Assembly (NCBI GenBank): GCA_051362555.1
Contig: CM120640.1
Coordinates: forward strand, 7,688,001-7,752,000
DNA length: 64,000 bases
Reading direction: 5' to 3'
DNA from: Lingula anatina
Lineage: Eukaryota > Animalia > Brachiopoda
A model generated the notes under the pieces. The model was given only the letters and a program-made list of their open reading frames with translations. It was not told the origin of the DNA and ran no database searches. Shown here one piece after another: positions 49,801 to 62,472 of this stretch; position 1 is the stretch's first letter; each line of letters opens with the position of its first letter. The translations under genes were made by a program, and so were the position numbers.

Positions 49801-52800
49801 TTTGGAAGCAATTGTTGGCCAATTTGTGCCTCAAATCCAAGATGGCCGCCACCCGCCATTTTGAAAGTGGACATAATTTTGCTGTTTTATGTTGAATTTT
49901 GAAGCGTTTGGTCTATATATACTTGATATATATATCGATTCCTACTATTTTGGGGTGCAAAAGTCATTTTTGATATTGTTTTGGTGATAGTAGGTGATTT
50001 GAAGGGACAAAGAGGGTGTTTTAAGTGCCTACCAAGATATGTGAGAACGTTGCAAAACCATGGATATTAATAACCCGTATTCAAATATATCTCAATGCAA
50101 TTTTTTATTATATACCATCGCTATTGGACTATATTATGAGCAAAAAAACACATTTTTACCATTATTGAGGCCATTGGTGGCCCTTTTATCCCTCAACTCC
50201 AAGATGGCCGCCAAAAACATTTTGAAAATTCTTTTGGCCCAAGGAACATTTATGCCAAGTTAGAAATTTGTACTACAAAATGCAGCGTTTAGCCATTTTT
50301 TGGTCCTTAACAAGCCTACTAAGTGGCACTGAAGGACAAAACCCCTTGAGAACAACGTTGTGTGACAATATAATACGATATCAACTGTCATGACTGTAAT
50401 TCTTTTTACATTGGTGAGACAGGTAGACAGTTGAAGACCAGGGTGAGTGAACACAGAAAATCAGCGACTGTAGGCAATACCAGCTCTGCCATTTCTGAAC
50501 ATGTAATAGAGACCGGACACAGTATCGACTGGAATTCAACCAAGATCCTTGAATCTGAGTCAACTGACACCCCGCGTAACATAAAGCGATCAACATCAGC
50601 CGTCACAAGCCAAGCATGAATAGGGACCGGGGGGGGGGGGGGGGGGTCGATCTTCCTGACAATTATAAGAGGGTCTTGGCCGCTATACCACCTAGCGGTC
50701 AGTGCGTGTCAACATCTACTCACATCAGTCTGATGAAGGCCTTCGCCCAGGTTGGCCGTAAGCTAACGGTACGAAAATATTTCGGCTTGTGTTTGATAAT
50801 TTTTACTTATGAGGTAGTAAAAGTAGTTTCCACCTTACCTTTCAGGTGGGGTCCATGTAGTTCCTTGACAAGCAAGCCGTAGAAATGACGGTCAACATTT
50901 TGGAAGCGCCTGAAATTCAAAGTGTTTCCGATCTATATATATAAAGAAATAAAGCCGTTGCAACGTTTTTATGAGGGCAAACACCTGAACAGTTTCACGG
51001 GTAGCGCATCATGTTATGTTATGAAGGCTGTAGGTGCTCTTATCGGGGGTGGGTGGTGGGGAGGGGGGGGGTTCCACTGGAAAAAAGGAGTAGAATCCGG
51101 TGTCCCATTCTTTGTCTTAATATAGAATATATAAAAGAACAAACATACCAACCAACGAGCCGCTGGCACCAGTCCCGGGGGCATCTGCACTCAGCTGCCG
51201 TAAGACCAACAAACCAATCACTCTTTACCTGTAAAAATACACATACTGATGATAATGTTGTTCAAAGAGTGGCGAGGTTACAAATATATCTAATCCATGT
51301 TGTACATTTTATATATTTCATACATTATAAGGATGCCCAGTTGTTAATTAAATATATAAAACGGTCCTCTAAGGAATTCACCCAAACCTACTTTATTTTT
51401 CTTGCGGCAGTCAATGTCAACATCTTCTACAGTTAGGAAAACGTGGTAATCATCTACAAGGAACACAAATGATAAATGATACCACTTCCAAAAAAGTAAA
51501 AATGACGAGGTGTTCCAGAAAAGACAAGAAAAAAATCAAAGACTCTCAAAGATCAATTTGATAAATTAAAAATGGGTAAAAATTAATTTCAAGGCTGCTT
51601 AGTTCATGGGGCAAACTTTGAAACCGGTTTTGTTACTCCAACTCAATCCTAGTTGGCTCTACAAGGTCAAATGTGTCTAACTGTGCCAACTAGCCCCGGT
51701 CTCCCCTAGATTACCCTCAGGAACCTTAAACTCTACCAGAAGCAGTTTAGTCCATAAGGTCTGGACCGAAAAATCTTTCAGAAATTTACATGCTATTCCC
51801 TTTTTTGCGATTGTTAAAGTTTTTGAGTGTTATATATCCCAAATGTCCCAAAGTATTTACTTTTGGGTCCGCTAACTTAGAGAAGGTAGAACAGCCTGAG
51901 TAAGCCGACCCGCTTGAATACTTCCCCACGTGTCTACTAACGGATAAGACTACAAGCTTTTTAGTGGGTCGCCATATTTGATCCTCGGACAAGTTAATCC
52001 ACTTTTCTGAATGCGGCCTTATCCCCCCCCCCCCCCCCCCGTTCCATACCACTTACTTTTTTCATCCTTGAAACTGTGAACTTGCGTATGGACTTTTTCC
52101 TCGAAAAGATGAATGTCTTCCGACCCGTGAAATCCAGTTCCAAAAGACACGTGCTCTCTCAAATTTATTATGTTGCTCCTCCATGACACTCTGTGTTGAC
52201 ATCGGCGGCATTTTAGGTACAACTCTTTGAGAGCATTGCAAATGAATAAATAAATAATTGAATAAAATACACAAAGATAATGTTGATAAAATATGAACCA
52301 TTTTATGACATACATGTAATAGTGTCAAGATATCGAAGTGTTATGTTTTCTATAATACAACATACGTGTATATTAAAGATAGTGGCAAAGTCCATGTGTT
52401 AAAAATTTATGTACGAATTTACAATAAAACTAGAAAATCCAAAATGCATCTAGACGGCAAAATAAAAAGTTCATATTGATTTTCTTTGAATGAAAATCAA
52501 TGTTTCTTATCTTTAGTCTAAAAAACATTACCATACTGTGCATGCATATCAGAACAACACAAGTGCATTAAAACATATTTTCTCGGTTTTCTTTAGCGAC
52601 CTACCTTTGACCAATAATAAACAATTCATAGCACTCTCCTGCTAAACTAGATACTTTTTTCCGTATCCTCAATCCACCCTACAAGTTTTTAATTTTCAAT
52701 ATTTTCATTTTAAAATTTAAAAAATCGTTATGTGATGACTTTTAGCAATGTCGTTCAAATAAATTAGTTTGGCAATATATACATGTATCTGTATATATTA

Positions 52801-55800
52801 ATTTTTCGGTGTTTACAGTAAACTTTCAAACTCTGTCAAATAAAATTCCAACAAAATTTCGGCCCTATATTTGAATACCCTCTACCAGGGCGAGTGATAG
52901 ATTTTTTTACAGATATTCACAGATATGTCTCTAGCTAGATAGATGGTCATTTAGGGCTGAACTCACCCTGTTGAGGAATCCCATGTGGAAACAATTATCT
53001 CTGCGCGCGCGCCAAAGGCTTTGTACTTGCTCTTGCTCACAACGATGTGATAACTGCTCATTACGCAACCAGTCTAAGGCTTTTTATCTGTCACAGAAGA
53101 GCAAGTGATTGAAGTCAGAGTAATTAACTGTCTCGATTGCTGTCACGCAGACTAAGACCCCATTTCCAGAGATTAGATCGATCTACTTTAGATCGACCTA
53201 ACTCCCTGGGGGTTCACGCTAAATAGCTGTCAGCCGGGCGGACACGAAAGTTAATTACCCCCTTACAGCTTGTAGTAGGCGGGACGGACATTTAAGCCAG
53301 ATTATCTGACATTAATCTAGTGAGACTCCCCGCGGGGATAGATCGATCTAAAAGCTCTGGGAATACAGCCTTAGACTGGACCTGCTAAGTGGCAGTGCCT
53401 GAGCAGTTATGCAAACAATTATCAGCCATGTAATCAGCCTTGAGGTTCCTCAACAGGGTGAGTTCAGCCCTAAATCACCATCTATCTAGCTAGAGACATG
53501 TGAATATCTGTAAAAAATCTATCACTCGCTCTGGTAGAGGGTAGTATTTGAATGGGCTTGAAATTTTATAAAAACGTCTAAATTGATTTTGCTGCCCTTG
53601 TAACACGGGCTACTCATCTACATGGAAATTCAAGAACTTTTATGGTATTCTTTCGAGAATCTGCTCCCACCCCCAATTTCCATCAATTTCAGTCAGTATT
53701 TAATAGATCGTAAACAATAGGCCTATGGTTAAAACACCAGTTCTAGGTTTTTCACAGACTTGAAATCCTCATACTTCTAGGTCATTGAATGACTAAAAAA
53801 TAAAATTTGCATCTCACGATCCCAACTCAGTATAGAACTTGGTAGCCTCTTAATCTCCAATTTTGATCATATATTTTGGGCTAAATATGGTATCAGGGAT
53901 TTGTTTGACTGAACCATCATTTTAACAATCTGTTATAGTGAAGGAAAGACAACAGTCTGGAGAGCTTTCGAACGCTTTTTCACCGACTTTTCATAAAATT
54001 TCATAAAAAGTTTTACTCTATTTATCCATACTGATCATGCGTTTACTTGTTTTCTTTCCATTGTTTTTGCGTGATTACAAGGAATTTTCCATTCTCATGT
54101 TGCAAACCACCGTACAACATTTCCTTATTAGGTAATTTCTAGAAGACTTGTTTTCAATTTAAAATATTTAAATATTATTTGAATTACTCATGCTAGGACC
54201 ATATCCATCCTTAGTTTGCATGTGTTTCACACGTGTTAGAAATCTATTGAGAAATTAACCAATCAGATCTAACTATGTATAACTTTGACAAGTTCCATCT
54301 TTTCCTACCACCAAAACAATTTCTACACTCGATGACTCTTAAATAAATTTAACTTACATTCAATATTTCCCTATCCTTTTACTTGTTTGGTTCCGTTGTA
54401 ATTATTATCTGCGATTCGTGAAAGTGAGTCATTTGCTTTACAACAAATCATTTCTTTATGTTTGGCAACGGTTTTATAAACGCTTTTTAACCTCACAGTT
54501 TGCCCTTTTCGTTCTTATTGCAACCTCACAAAATTTGTTTATACATTTATACAGCTTGTATGTCTTATGGCTACATTTTAAGAGAATATAACAGGGTCAA
54601 ATACAAAGCGAAGTTTGTGGAATAGAACGAGTACCTCGTAAGGCGTCAAGGATATTACAAATACGTCTAAAACTCGATCTTTTGGATTTTTATATGTTAG
54701 AAATAATCAATATTGGATCTTATACTGAATTAAGTTTAAAAAATGTACATTAGGACGAGTTTTTCTACCTGTCCTGACTGGTATGCGTGGCAGCCTGTAG
54801 GCTCCGCCTCCGTTGTCAAGCACCGTTACTATGGGGGCGTCCACGCACGACGGGTGGCATTGTCCTCTGCTTGCACCTCAAATAATTTGCTTTTTGTTTG
54901 CTCGCGCTTCCTTAGACACTTACAAGACAGTGCACAGACTCCTATGCATAATTAGGAGTCTGTATATGCATAATTATAATTAATCAAGTCAGTGAAACAA
55001 GAGTAGGTAGGCCTACTCAGCTGTCAATCATTTCTCAGGGAAGAGCGGCTTTCTTGGGGCGAATAAGTTTGCGTACAAAAGTAAGATTTTCTGACATCTA
55101 GACAAACACCCCAATTTTAACATGTAATGGTGTATAGATCTCCCCGATCAATTAGATGATGACAGGTAAGGTGGAAGTGCAATTAATTTGCTAAATTAGC
55201 CCAATTACCTGCGTCAAATGGATTACAAGCGATTTCTCTGCTTTGAAGATGATTAACATAGTCTAGACTTCAACCACCATATCTCATTATTTAACTGTCA
55301 GATTGACATGAAATTTGATGTGGCTGTGTTTCAGTATAATTTCTAGTCAACTGTACCTTGAATTTTTGATTGACCATTTATTTTTGAAGTTATTAATACT
55401 GAAAATGGACGGTCCATATATATTTCGTGAAATTCACGTTTTATCGAAATAAAATCAAAAGTAAAAATAATAAGAGAAAATCCAGAATCAGTTTACTGGT
55501 TTTTGTGCTAACCTTTCTGCCATTTTTTGCTAGTGGTTACAAAATGTTGAATTTGACCAAAAATTTAAAACGTTCTCTGGGAAGCTGTAATTTTGCAACG
55601 TGATAGCTACACCATCACAGTTAATCATTTCATAAAAAAGGAAACAGCAGATGGCCTTGTTAAGACACACAGGAGAGTTGAACAGCTATACCCACCAAAT
55701 CCAAGACACTCTACACTGGGAGATATATTTGGCACAAACTAATGGAGGTCTAATGGAATGTTTTCAGTTTTAGTTTAAATCATAAGGGGTGTTGTCTCAA

Positions 55801-57070
55801 TGCTTTAAAACTGGTTTTGAAGAATTCAATCCACATGCGCTCTACCAAAGCATCCACTCTTGGGATTCTGAAAAAAATCATACAAGGAATCCGTTTACTC
55901 TGATAACGAACAATAGGGAACCTAAGATTACAAATAGTTTATTGCTTATTCAAACAAAGTACAGTGCATTATGAGTGGCAAACACTCATTACTGGGACAC
56001 ATTTTCTTCACCCATATTCGGTGCTTCATTGTACATGTGTCTCTCTAATGCTAGTGTTGCGAGAAATCCATTGCCGTTTTTTCAGGCGGTTAAATTTTAA
56101 ACGCACTGAACACAGTGTAGCATCTTAATTTAAGACAAAACTAAAAAATGCCATCCAATATCGATGATTGAGTTTTCGAGAACAAGAGAACATGAATAAG
56201 GTGTCACCGCGTTACCATGGGACACTGACGAAAACGAAAGTTCAGACAAAGTCACGTCCCTACTAATCGAATGGTAAGAATCAATCAATACATATATAGA
56301 GGTCTATGTTGAAACAATTGAAGAAAAATGAAACGAAACTCAGTACTGCTCACCTTCATACAAAGAAGATCTCTATAAACAGTCCTGTGTCGGTTAAATC
56401 GAGGGAATTACACCTGTGCCCTGCATCCGATCTCGACAGCGGCGCTGCATTACATGTTATTAGAATGGGACACGCGCCAGTTTACCAGTTTGAGCTGGCT
56501 TTTCAGTGTGCAAAAAGAAGCCATTCGTGTGTGAGACGTCATCAGTCAGTGAGTATGGAAGCAGGTCAGTATGCAGATCGCTATCGATGTATAATTTTCA
56601 CGCGGCATTTAAAACTGATATTAGCATGGACTTTTATGGAGTTTTAATACGGAGAGATAGGATTAGATTAATTTTTCATTGGGCTGGGACACGGCATGTA
56701 ACGTTAGTTACGGTAATTTTGTGATCATTTTTCAGTGACTTCAAATAAATTTTTATTTAAATAACCATTTGCACATTCTGTTTATTATATCGCCTTGTAG
56801 TAGGTGTTTTTCCTGCTTCAATAATCCATTCAAAACCTAAACAAACTATTCCTAAAAAGAGGTAGGGTCGGAATTCCACAAAAATGGACGCCATTTTTAC
56901 GGTAATTTCGATATATTTTCTGCTTTTCTCTTATTTTTCTTTTATAACAGCACCGTCCTTGCTCATGCAGCTTCTTTGATTTGTTATTGAGACATACACA
57001 ACGACGTCTTGAGAATTTGGTCGGCTATCTAAATTTAGATTACATTCTTGTTATGCCATCCCCCCCTCCT

Positions 57071-57103
<33 letters not shown>

Positions 57104-59383
57104 CAGTGCACCACTAGCAAAGAATGACAACTTTACAACTTTAGATAGCTCTTTCAATCGTATTTATAGGGCTTCTTGCTTAAAAGAAAACCTTGATTAA
57201 AAAATGACAATTATAGTCCCAAAACGCTGATATTACGTCACTCGTGTTACACTGCGACTACAAGCTTTGGAAAATTGTTTTGTTTGGTAGACTATCCTTT
57301 AGTTTTATTAAAATAGGAAATTAAATTAGCTGCATTAATTTTGGACTTTTTCATTAATATCCTTGACGCCTTAACAGTGTAGTACATTTATGGCACTTAA
57401 TCTCTATAGGATGAAGTGAGTAAATATAAAGGTAGGCCTAAAATGTATCAGAAAAAATCAAGATTATTGTAACGCTTTACATAGTGATAGCTTTCACACC
57501 AGTGAAAAAAATCCAATATTCATGGCACTTAATCACTAAAAGGATGAAGTGAGTCAATTAAAAAAGGTATAATGTACCAGATAAAAACAAGCTTCATTTA
57601 CGTTTACATAATGATAGCTTCGAACTAGTGGTAAAAACCCAATATACCCGTGTAGTGTGGTGTTATCGAAGTTAAAGGTGCCCTTGTCAACAGAGAGTTG
57701 CAAAGCAAAAGTGGAAAAATACGTTTTTAAAGGTACACGTAACTCTTAAATATTAAATATCTTTAACAGTATAGTACCTTTCTGGTGCTTTCCGTCCAGC
57801 TTTTCAAGCATGAGACCGTAAAACGTTGGGAGGTTGAATGACTCGTCTTTTGGCTTGTAGAAACTGTGAAATTGATTGAAAAACATAAAACATGAAGAAT
57901 TTCTATCTCTTTGTGGGAACATTTCTCATATATTTGAACAATTAAACGCTTTGGTTATAAATAAATAAATAAGATAAGATGTCACCAATCCCTATTCATC
58001 ATTTAAATCTTTATCTATTTCATAGTTTTGAGTTAACAGATACCAGGGCCGTGGCCTGAGCAAAATGCCAGGGGGGCAGTAAGCGGACACGAGGGGGCAA
58101 AGCCCCCGAGGGGGGGTGGGAGGGGGACATTTTTAAAAACTGTATGTATAATACTGCATTCTGGTGCATATTAACTGCATGTTATTTATTGCTCAATCAG
58201 AAGTCAGAAATTGTGGGTTCATTTTGCCATAAGTACAGTCATTTTTTCAACACAACACGCCAATTAAATTTTTTTGGCATGAACTGAGTTGGCTAAAAAC
58301 AGTACAACTTTGTAAACAGATTGTTGAATGATTGTCTGGTGGCCACAGAATTGATACCAACTTTGCAATTTTTTTTTTTACCTTTGCGATTATTTTTTTT
58401 GCACCTCAAATCCCAGGGGGGGCAGCTGCCCCCCTGCCCCCCCGGAGGCTACGGCCCTGGATACACTGTGTCTACAGAAAGTTTTCTTTTACAATTGTCT
58501 TCATTTACAAGCGATCTACTTGTAGAATATTAGAAAAAGGGCGTTCACGTCTACTTCTCACTAGTTAAATTTTAATTTCAAGAAGTATTAGAACTGTTCC
58601 ATATACAATAAGTCTAACAAAGTATCTAATTTGAGATGTTCGATGAACAGTTTTCCGCCGTTTTAGATATTTACCTCCCAACTTGCGTTTTGCATTTGCA
58701 ACAGTAGCATTTCGACCTGACGTAATGCTGGAACCACATCAGTTTGGTCCGCGTCTGTAAAAGTTGTTATCGTTGATACGTCCACTATCATGGGAATTTA
58801 GAATAGACGCACAGACAACAATTACATCATCACGATATACTGTAATTCTAGAGAATGGCAAATAAAATATACATAAACGATTTTAGTTTCTTTTTATAAC
58901 CAAATCAGTTGCTAGAATAATATAGACCAAGATAACATATAGTATGGGGTGTGAAATGGCTTATCCATGCAGGTTCCGCTTGATAATGACAGAGTCATCC
59001 TAACCCCATTTTTCAAGTGGAAAAAATAGATTCTGAGCCCTCCTAAGTACGTTTTTTAAAGTGATATTATCCAATTTTCCGGGATTTTTGGGGGCGAGGG
59101 GAGGGGGAGTGGATTGGGTGGCACTTCTTTCTTGATTTATCCAATCTAATATTTAGCTTTACCTTTTTTTCCATGTGTACGTTGCAGTTTTCCTTTACGC
59201 ACACAATATCGCGCTTGCACCCTAAAAAGAAAAGTGGGTCAGAAACAAACAAACAAAAAATAATATACCAGATAAAAGCAAGGCTACGCTTATACAGGGA
59301 TAACAAAACCAGTTGCCAGCGACGGTTTACCTAAGCCCCCTCCTTTTTTATGAACTCTTCCGAAGCAGAACGATTTTTACCTG

Positions 59384-59424
<41 letters not shown>

Positions 59425-61024
59425 CTGGGCAGTTTTACTGCTCAGTCTACTCTTCCACAGTAGCGTCTACGGGTCCAGCAGCGGCACGATGTACCGTCCC
59501 TCGGCTCAGCAGTACCTCGTCTCAGCAGCCCACGGCATGATCTACCGTTCCTCGATACTATTTACCGGTCACGGTTCAACGACGACAGCAGCAGCAGCAC
59601 GATCTACCGTTCCTCGGCTCAGCAGTACCTAGTCTCAGCAGCCCACAGCACGATCTACCATTCGTCGGCTCAGAAGTACCTAGTCTCAGCAGCCAAAGGA
59701 TCACGACCCGACAGCGACACGATCTACCAGCCCACAGCTCAGTGACAACATCAATTTTCCATTTATATCTCTTTATTCAACATTTGTGTACAGTTGTTTT
59801 TTCACGTCACATTAAAATTATCATTTATTTCATTTTTGCTCTTGTTGTTTTTGATCTTCGATAACATGCTCAACACCAGTAGGCCCCTATTAGTGGTGCT
59901 ATTGACGTAAATGGTCCTCTTGCAAACAGAGAGATGCAAAGCGAAAGCAGAAAAATACATCTGTTTTTTTCCCCCGAAAAGCTGCCACGACCTTGAACGT
60001 TACAAAATCTCTTAGATTGACTCTTATACATGTATAACATGTGGCATATTTACACCAAGGTGGTAAGCATATTTTAAATGGTGGCACGTGCATTTTTATG
60101 AACTTGCCTAAGGTGTCTTTTTAAATTTTCCTTTTTCTATCGTATCAATTTTACTGGCCACGAATACGTTTACATAATTCCCTACTCAATCACCCCCACT
60201 ACAAACATCGTCTAGTAATGCTTATCCTATGAAGTGGTAATATACTATGAAGTCTATCATGAAGTAGTAATTCTTATCCTATGAAGTGGTAATATACCAT
60301 GAAGTATCTTAACACACGTATCTTAACTTGAGATATAGGTTACAGATCACGAAAAAGTTTTTTAAACATTACTTACTTTCGTCTGGGTCGTAGAAGGTTT
60401 TCACGGGCAAACAATACACGTGAACGTCTGTCAAACATATTTCCACATCCCTCCCCTGTTCCTGCTCGTACTCGAGGGCCACGCCCTCAGCCCGGAGATC
60501 ATCCACAGAAATGACAACACGGGTTTTGGTTAGGGTCGCCTTGCATTTGTGGCACTTAAGGTGGAACTCTGTGAAACAGAAAACTCGTTGATATGGCATG
60601 TGTTTTAGCGAATATCGATAAATTTTGGAGCATAGTGGAAAGAGAGAAAGATAAGAGAGAGAGAGAGAGACCAAACCACCACAGATCAGCGACTGATCCA
60701 GACCGCCTGTGTGGACCTCTGAGACAGACAGAGAAAGCTCGTTGATATGGCATGTGCTTTAGCGAATATCGATAAATTGTGTTGGATATAAAGTTTGGAG
60801 CATAGTGGAGAGAGAGAGAGAGAGAGACCAAGCAACCACTGATCAGTGACTGATCTAAACCGCCTGTTCCCTCGAACAATACCTTGTCCTTCCGGGTGGT
60901 AGCTGGCACGAGATGACGAGCTTGATGATGTAGGGCGTCGATTATATAACATTTCTTCGTTTTCCTGGTTTTGTCCACTGTCGACAGAAGATGCGTCTAA
61001 CGGTCTTGCTTTCGCTGCGTCCAT
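39897..61024 (-). CDS. Copy B: 14-exon paralog, 3x CULT/Yippee-like domains + peptidase C14 domain, ~764 aa
   Basis: Exons (minus strand): 61024-60883, 60568-60377, 59221-59163, 58754-58675, 57863-57778, 52224-52057, 51453-51392, 51228-51149, 50909-50839, 48686-48534, 41842-41775, 41387-41311, 41076-40991, 40867-39897. All introns are GT-AG. Total 2295 nt, open frame. Exon length differences from copy A are all multiples of 3. Confidence 0.85.
42251..43777. mobile_element. Foldback element with ~570 bp arms inside the Gypsy 3' UTR
   Basis: 42251-~42825 is the reverse complement of ~43203-43777. Same termini as 36523-37292. Confidence 0.9.
44354..48205 (-). CDS. Gypsy gag-pol polyprotein, 1283 aa, single ORF
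   Basis: Two zinc knuckles (CRNCSSSHAKGKC, CHKCGKLNHFQVAC), protease VDTGA, RT LPMG/IMDD, RNase H CDAS/EKELLA/TDHQPL, integrase HHCC plus D-D-E (TDLF, DNGPQF, NGLAE). Confidence 0.97.
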   Translation of the reverse strand: MAEGLRKPTPLSFEGNVEQNWKTFVREYDIYVGACYSEKTPKQKAYMLLNLAGSDAIEKFESFTFNDDEDKEDPDILKAKFSEICNPRTNVILERYRFNLRAQQDGERFQSFLADLKHKIKSCNYGNLEEDMLRDRIVIGIKHENTRKVLLRENNLTLTKAVHICQIHECSEVDAKQMQQQNPVTVHLVNKKKAQKPRQAFSHGRSQASETAKCRNCSSSHAKGKCPAYGKSCHKCGKLNHFQVACRSQSQKSKSPRTLKVIREVNTDSCSDTEADLLVIDSVHSPHAAKKDLHVKFLVHDVSTEVKVDTGAKCNVMSLATFDMLRDRESINTADKMKLIGFTGDAITPVGSAILSCELRGETHDIKFNVIDANVQTLLGLPDCMRLKLLQLGESVYSVSTTPDMFAEFPDIFDQRLGQLPVKYKITVDSQVTPVVRPVRKLPVAVKDKVKQELRRMESQGIIAKVTKPTDWVSAMVVTTKKNTDTIRICIDPGDLNKAIKRPRYPMRTVDEIISDMPNVHYFTVLDAKQAFYCIPLEEESSYLTTFGTPFSRYRYLRLPMGISSASEVYQQAIENLMNGLPCKIIMDDILVSGATEEEHDKNLRAVLQKLKEINIKLNASKCRYKMTSVNYVGHTFTADGLKPDPEKVRAIQEMPKPRDKTELLRFLGMTKYLSKFIPQLSEKCAPLNELLRKDNLFVWNHAHDTALEAIKQEISQDSCLAYYDVSKEVTLTCDASQAGLGAACLQNGKPVAYASRAMSDAEKRYAQIEKELLAVVFACAKFRDYIYGKDITIETDHQPLISIWKKPLASAPARLQRMLLQLQPYRIRLVYKKGKDLLVADTLSRAYLNESKDESESSDVEVLSIIPVADYRMEELKAATAKDPILKKVCSTVHEGWPKSEKNCDPDLRQYFAFRDEIIVDQGVVLKGSRIIVPATLQHEYALKAHRGHAGCQATKSRAKDIMYWPSMMKDIDSIVENCTVCLSMKKHQQKEPLMSYPVPTRPWSIVATDLFEWRGVNYMVAVDSYTSWYEVNTLGNSTASATVIKKLKSHFARFGIPDILIFDNGPQFSAREFKEFSQAWKFNHVTSSPHFPSSNGLAERAVQAAKALLEKSAREGSDPYLNLLNSRNVPRDPVLGSAAQRMMARRTKSDIPINESLLAQKILDPEIITHRLSERRLQQKNTYDKTAKPLPALQPGDRVMLESKTGYNKPGIITKETAPRSYNVQCDDGSELRRNRRHILKMPDQHKLSPDSGDMKPDNQDSAKITRSGRVIRPPKRLIEE
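48716..50790 (+). mobile_element. Degenerate Penelope-like retroelement in intron 9 of copy B
   Basis: RT motifs SYDVSALFTSV, GSPISLIVASLYMEYFE and RYVDDTF. GIY-YIG motif YIGETGRQLKTRVSEH...SAISEH. An inverted partial pseudo-LTR at 48716-48784 mirrors 50681-50748. Confidence 0.88.
49551..50319. mobile_element. MITE nested in the Penelope element
   Basis: TIR gtaggcttgttaagg...aaacgctgcatttt, mirrored at 50235-50319; TA flanks. Confidence 0.8.
52878..53541. mobile_element. TA-flanked MITE with ~100 bp TIRs containing a nested ~220 bp element (53153-53373)
   Basis: ccctctaccag...ctcaccctgttgaggaa mirrored at 53445-53541. The nested element matches 2597-2701, 6955-7072 and 36335-36441. Confidence 0.82.
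54642..57370. mobile_element. Non-autonomous TIR element (Kolobok-like, (T)TAA flanks)
   Basis: TIR ggcgtcaaggatatta / taatatccttgacgcc flanked by GTAA and TTAA. No coding remnant recognised. Superfamily assignment is tentative. Confidence 0.6.
58044..58459. mobile_element. Same MITE family, 5-bp TSD (GATAC)
   Basis: Same termini and internal sequence as 33600-33879; longer internal version. Confidence 0.85.
59465..59745 (+). repeat. Degenerate ~55 bp minisatellite in intron 2 of copy B
   Basis: Repeated cagcagc...cacgatctaccgttcctcggctcagcagtacct units following a (TA)n tract. Confidence 0.8.
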
Positions 61025-62454
61025 GTTGCCGGCTCCAGATCTCCGCGTCGTCTAGACTGAGCCTGAAAATCAGATCACATGCAGCGACTTTCAATATCAA
61101 TATTATATAGCTATTTTTGTTTTGATCACGTATACACCAGGTTTAACTAGGTCGCCAGTTTCCATGAGGGCAAGCTGAATGATGCGGTTCAAGCTACGCA
61201 GAATTTTTTGTCTACAGTTTGTACTAATTATGAAGATTTATTTAATTGTTGTATATAGTCAGTTTTGTAGGAAGTAAATGCAGCAAACAGAGGAGGATGT
61301 GCCTTTTCTTTATTCTGAATTCGTAAAATTTGAAAATGCCCTACATGTGAAATCATATGGTGTTGGTGTTTGCATTAATGTCCACAAGAACACATGCGTT
61401 TACATGAAGGCCCTACCACATTTTATATAATAATTCATGATAATTTTTGTATGTTTCCAACGAGACTTTCGGTATAGAATTAATTCCATCACTTAGGTGG
61501 ACTTTAGTATAGAATAGCAGATTCAAATTGTAATGGTAATAAAAGATTGATTGGATTATGTAAACAGCGTATAAACGCTCCGTAGTCTACCGGTCTCAAT
61601 ATGTTCACCGAATAGCGGACAGTAATAATATACGTCTCTCATCATCGGATTAATGGGCAACAAGATGGGTGAGGGATAACAAAAATATAATAATAAATAA
61701 TAATAATAATATTTCCAAAAATCTCGGACAAGTTGAAAGCCTTATTAAGCCCTTATTCTACAATACCAATACAGGAGGCCTACGTACGTTAAACTTTAAG
61801 TTTATTTCGTGTCGGAAAGAATGAAAGTAGCCTACAAACGTCATTTTAGCAGAATAGGCTAGTAGGCCTACCTGGAGGGCTTGTAGCTAATCGCTCACAC
61901 ACGCCAGCCTACCAGTTCATGGCATTAAGGGGGGGGGGGGGTCTATTCGTTTTGCATAGGCCTATTTTGTCTTGCTGCCCTCTGCCGACTTTACAAATTC
62001 TATTTAAAAGTCTGTCCTTAACCTATTCTCTTTGACGACATTTCCTGCTACTAGCTAATCAATCCAGTAGCCCCGCGGCAGCACCTCTTAGAGTTAGGGT
62101 CAGTTTAATATGCAGATGAGAAGCTGAAAATCTGACATCTAATAGCCTTCTCACAACCTACACTTTTCAATGTTCTTTTAAACTATAAAATATATATTTT
62201 TTAATTGGACTAAAGAATCTCTCTAAATAAATAACTCATTTTCAATTGCTACATCGGTGAATATTTTTGTCCAAGACGCAACCATAATACTGTAATATTT
62301 TTGAAACAAGAATGAACCATTCAATCATTATTCTAATAGGTTTTTCGCGTTGATGATACAATGCACCAATTACGTTTTAAGGATCATAATTAAAATCCAT
62401 TAATGATATTTGTAACAATTTTGACCAATTTTAACTTCACCTCTTGCATGAGCC

Positions 62455-62472
62455 TATTCCCGCCATTTTGAG
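62455..62472 (+). promoter_or_regulatory. E2F/YY1-like motif upstream of SSRP1
   Basis: ttcccgccattttg ~70 bp upstream of the ATG. Overlapping TTCCCGCC (E2F-like) and CGCCATTTT (YY1-like) sites suit a housekeeping/S-phase gene. Confidence 0.4.

Larger units (their letters stand above)
36441..61193. repeat. Segmental duplication unit B
   Basis: Direct-orientation diverged copy of unit A with a different set of TE insertions. Confidence 0.9.

Noticed and set aside
7120-61193. Assembly artefact (two haplotypes placed in tandem)
   Set aside because: Extensive coding and intronic divergence and entirely different TE complements favour true paralogs. It cannot be fully excluded without read depth.
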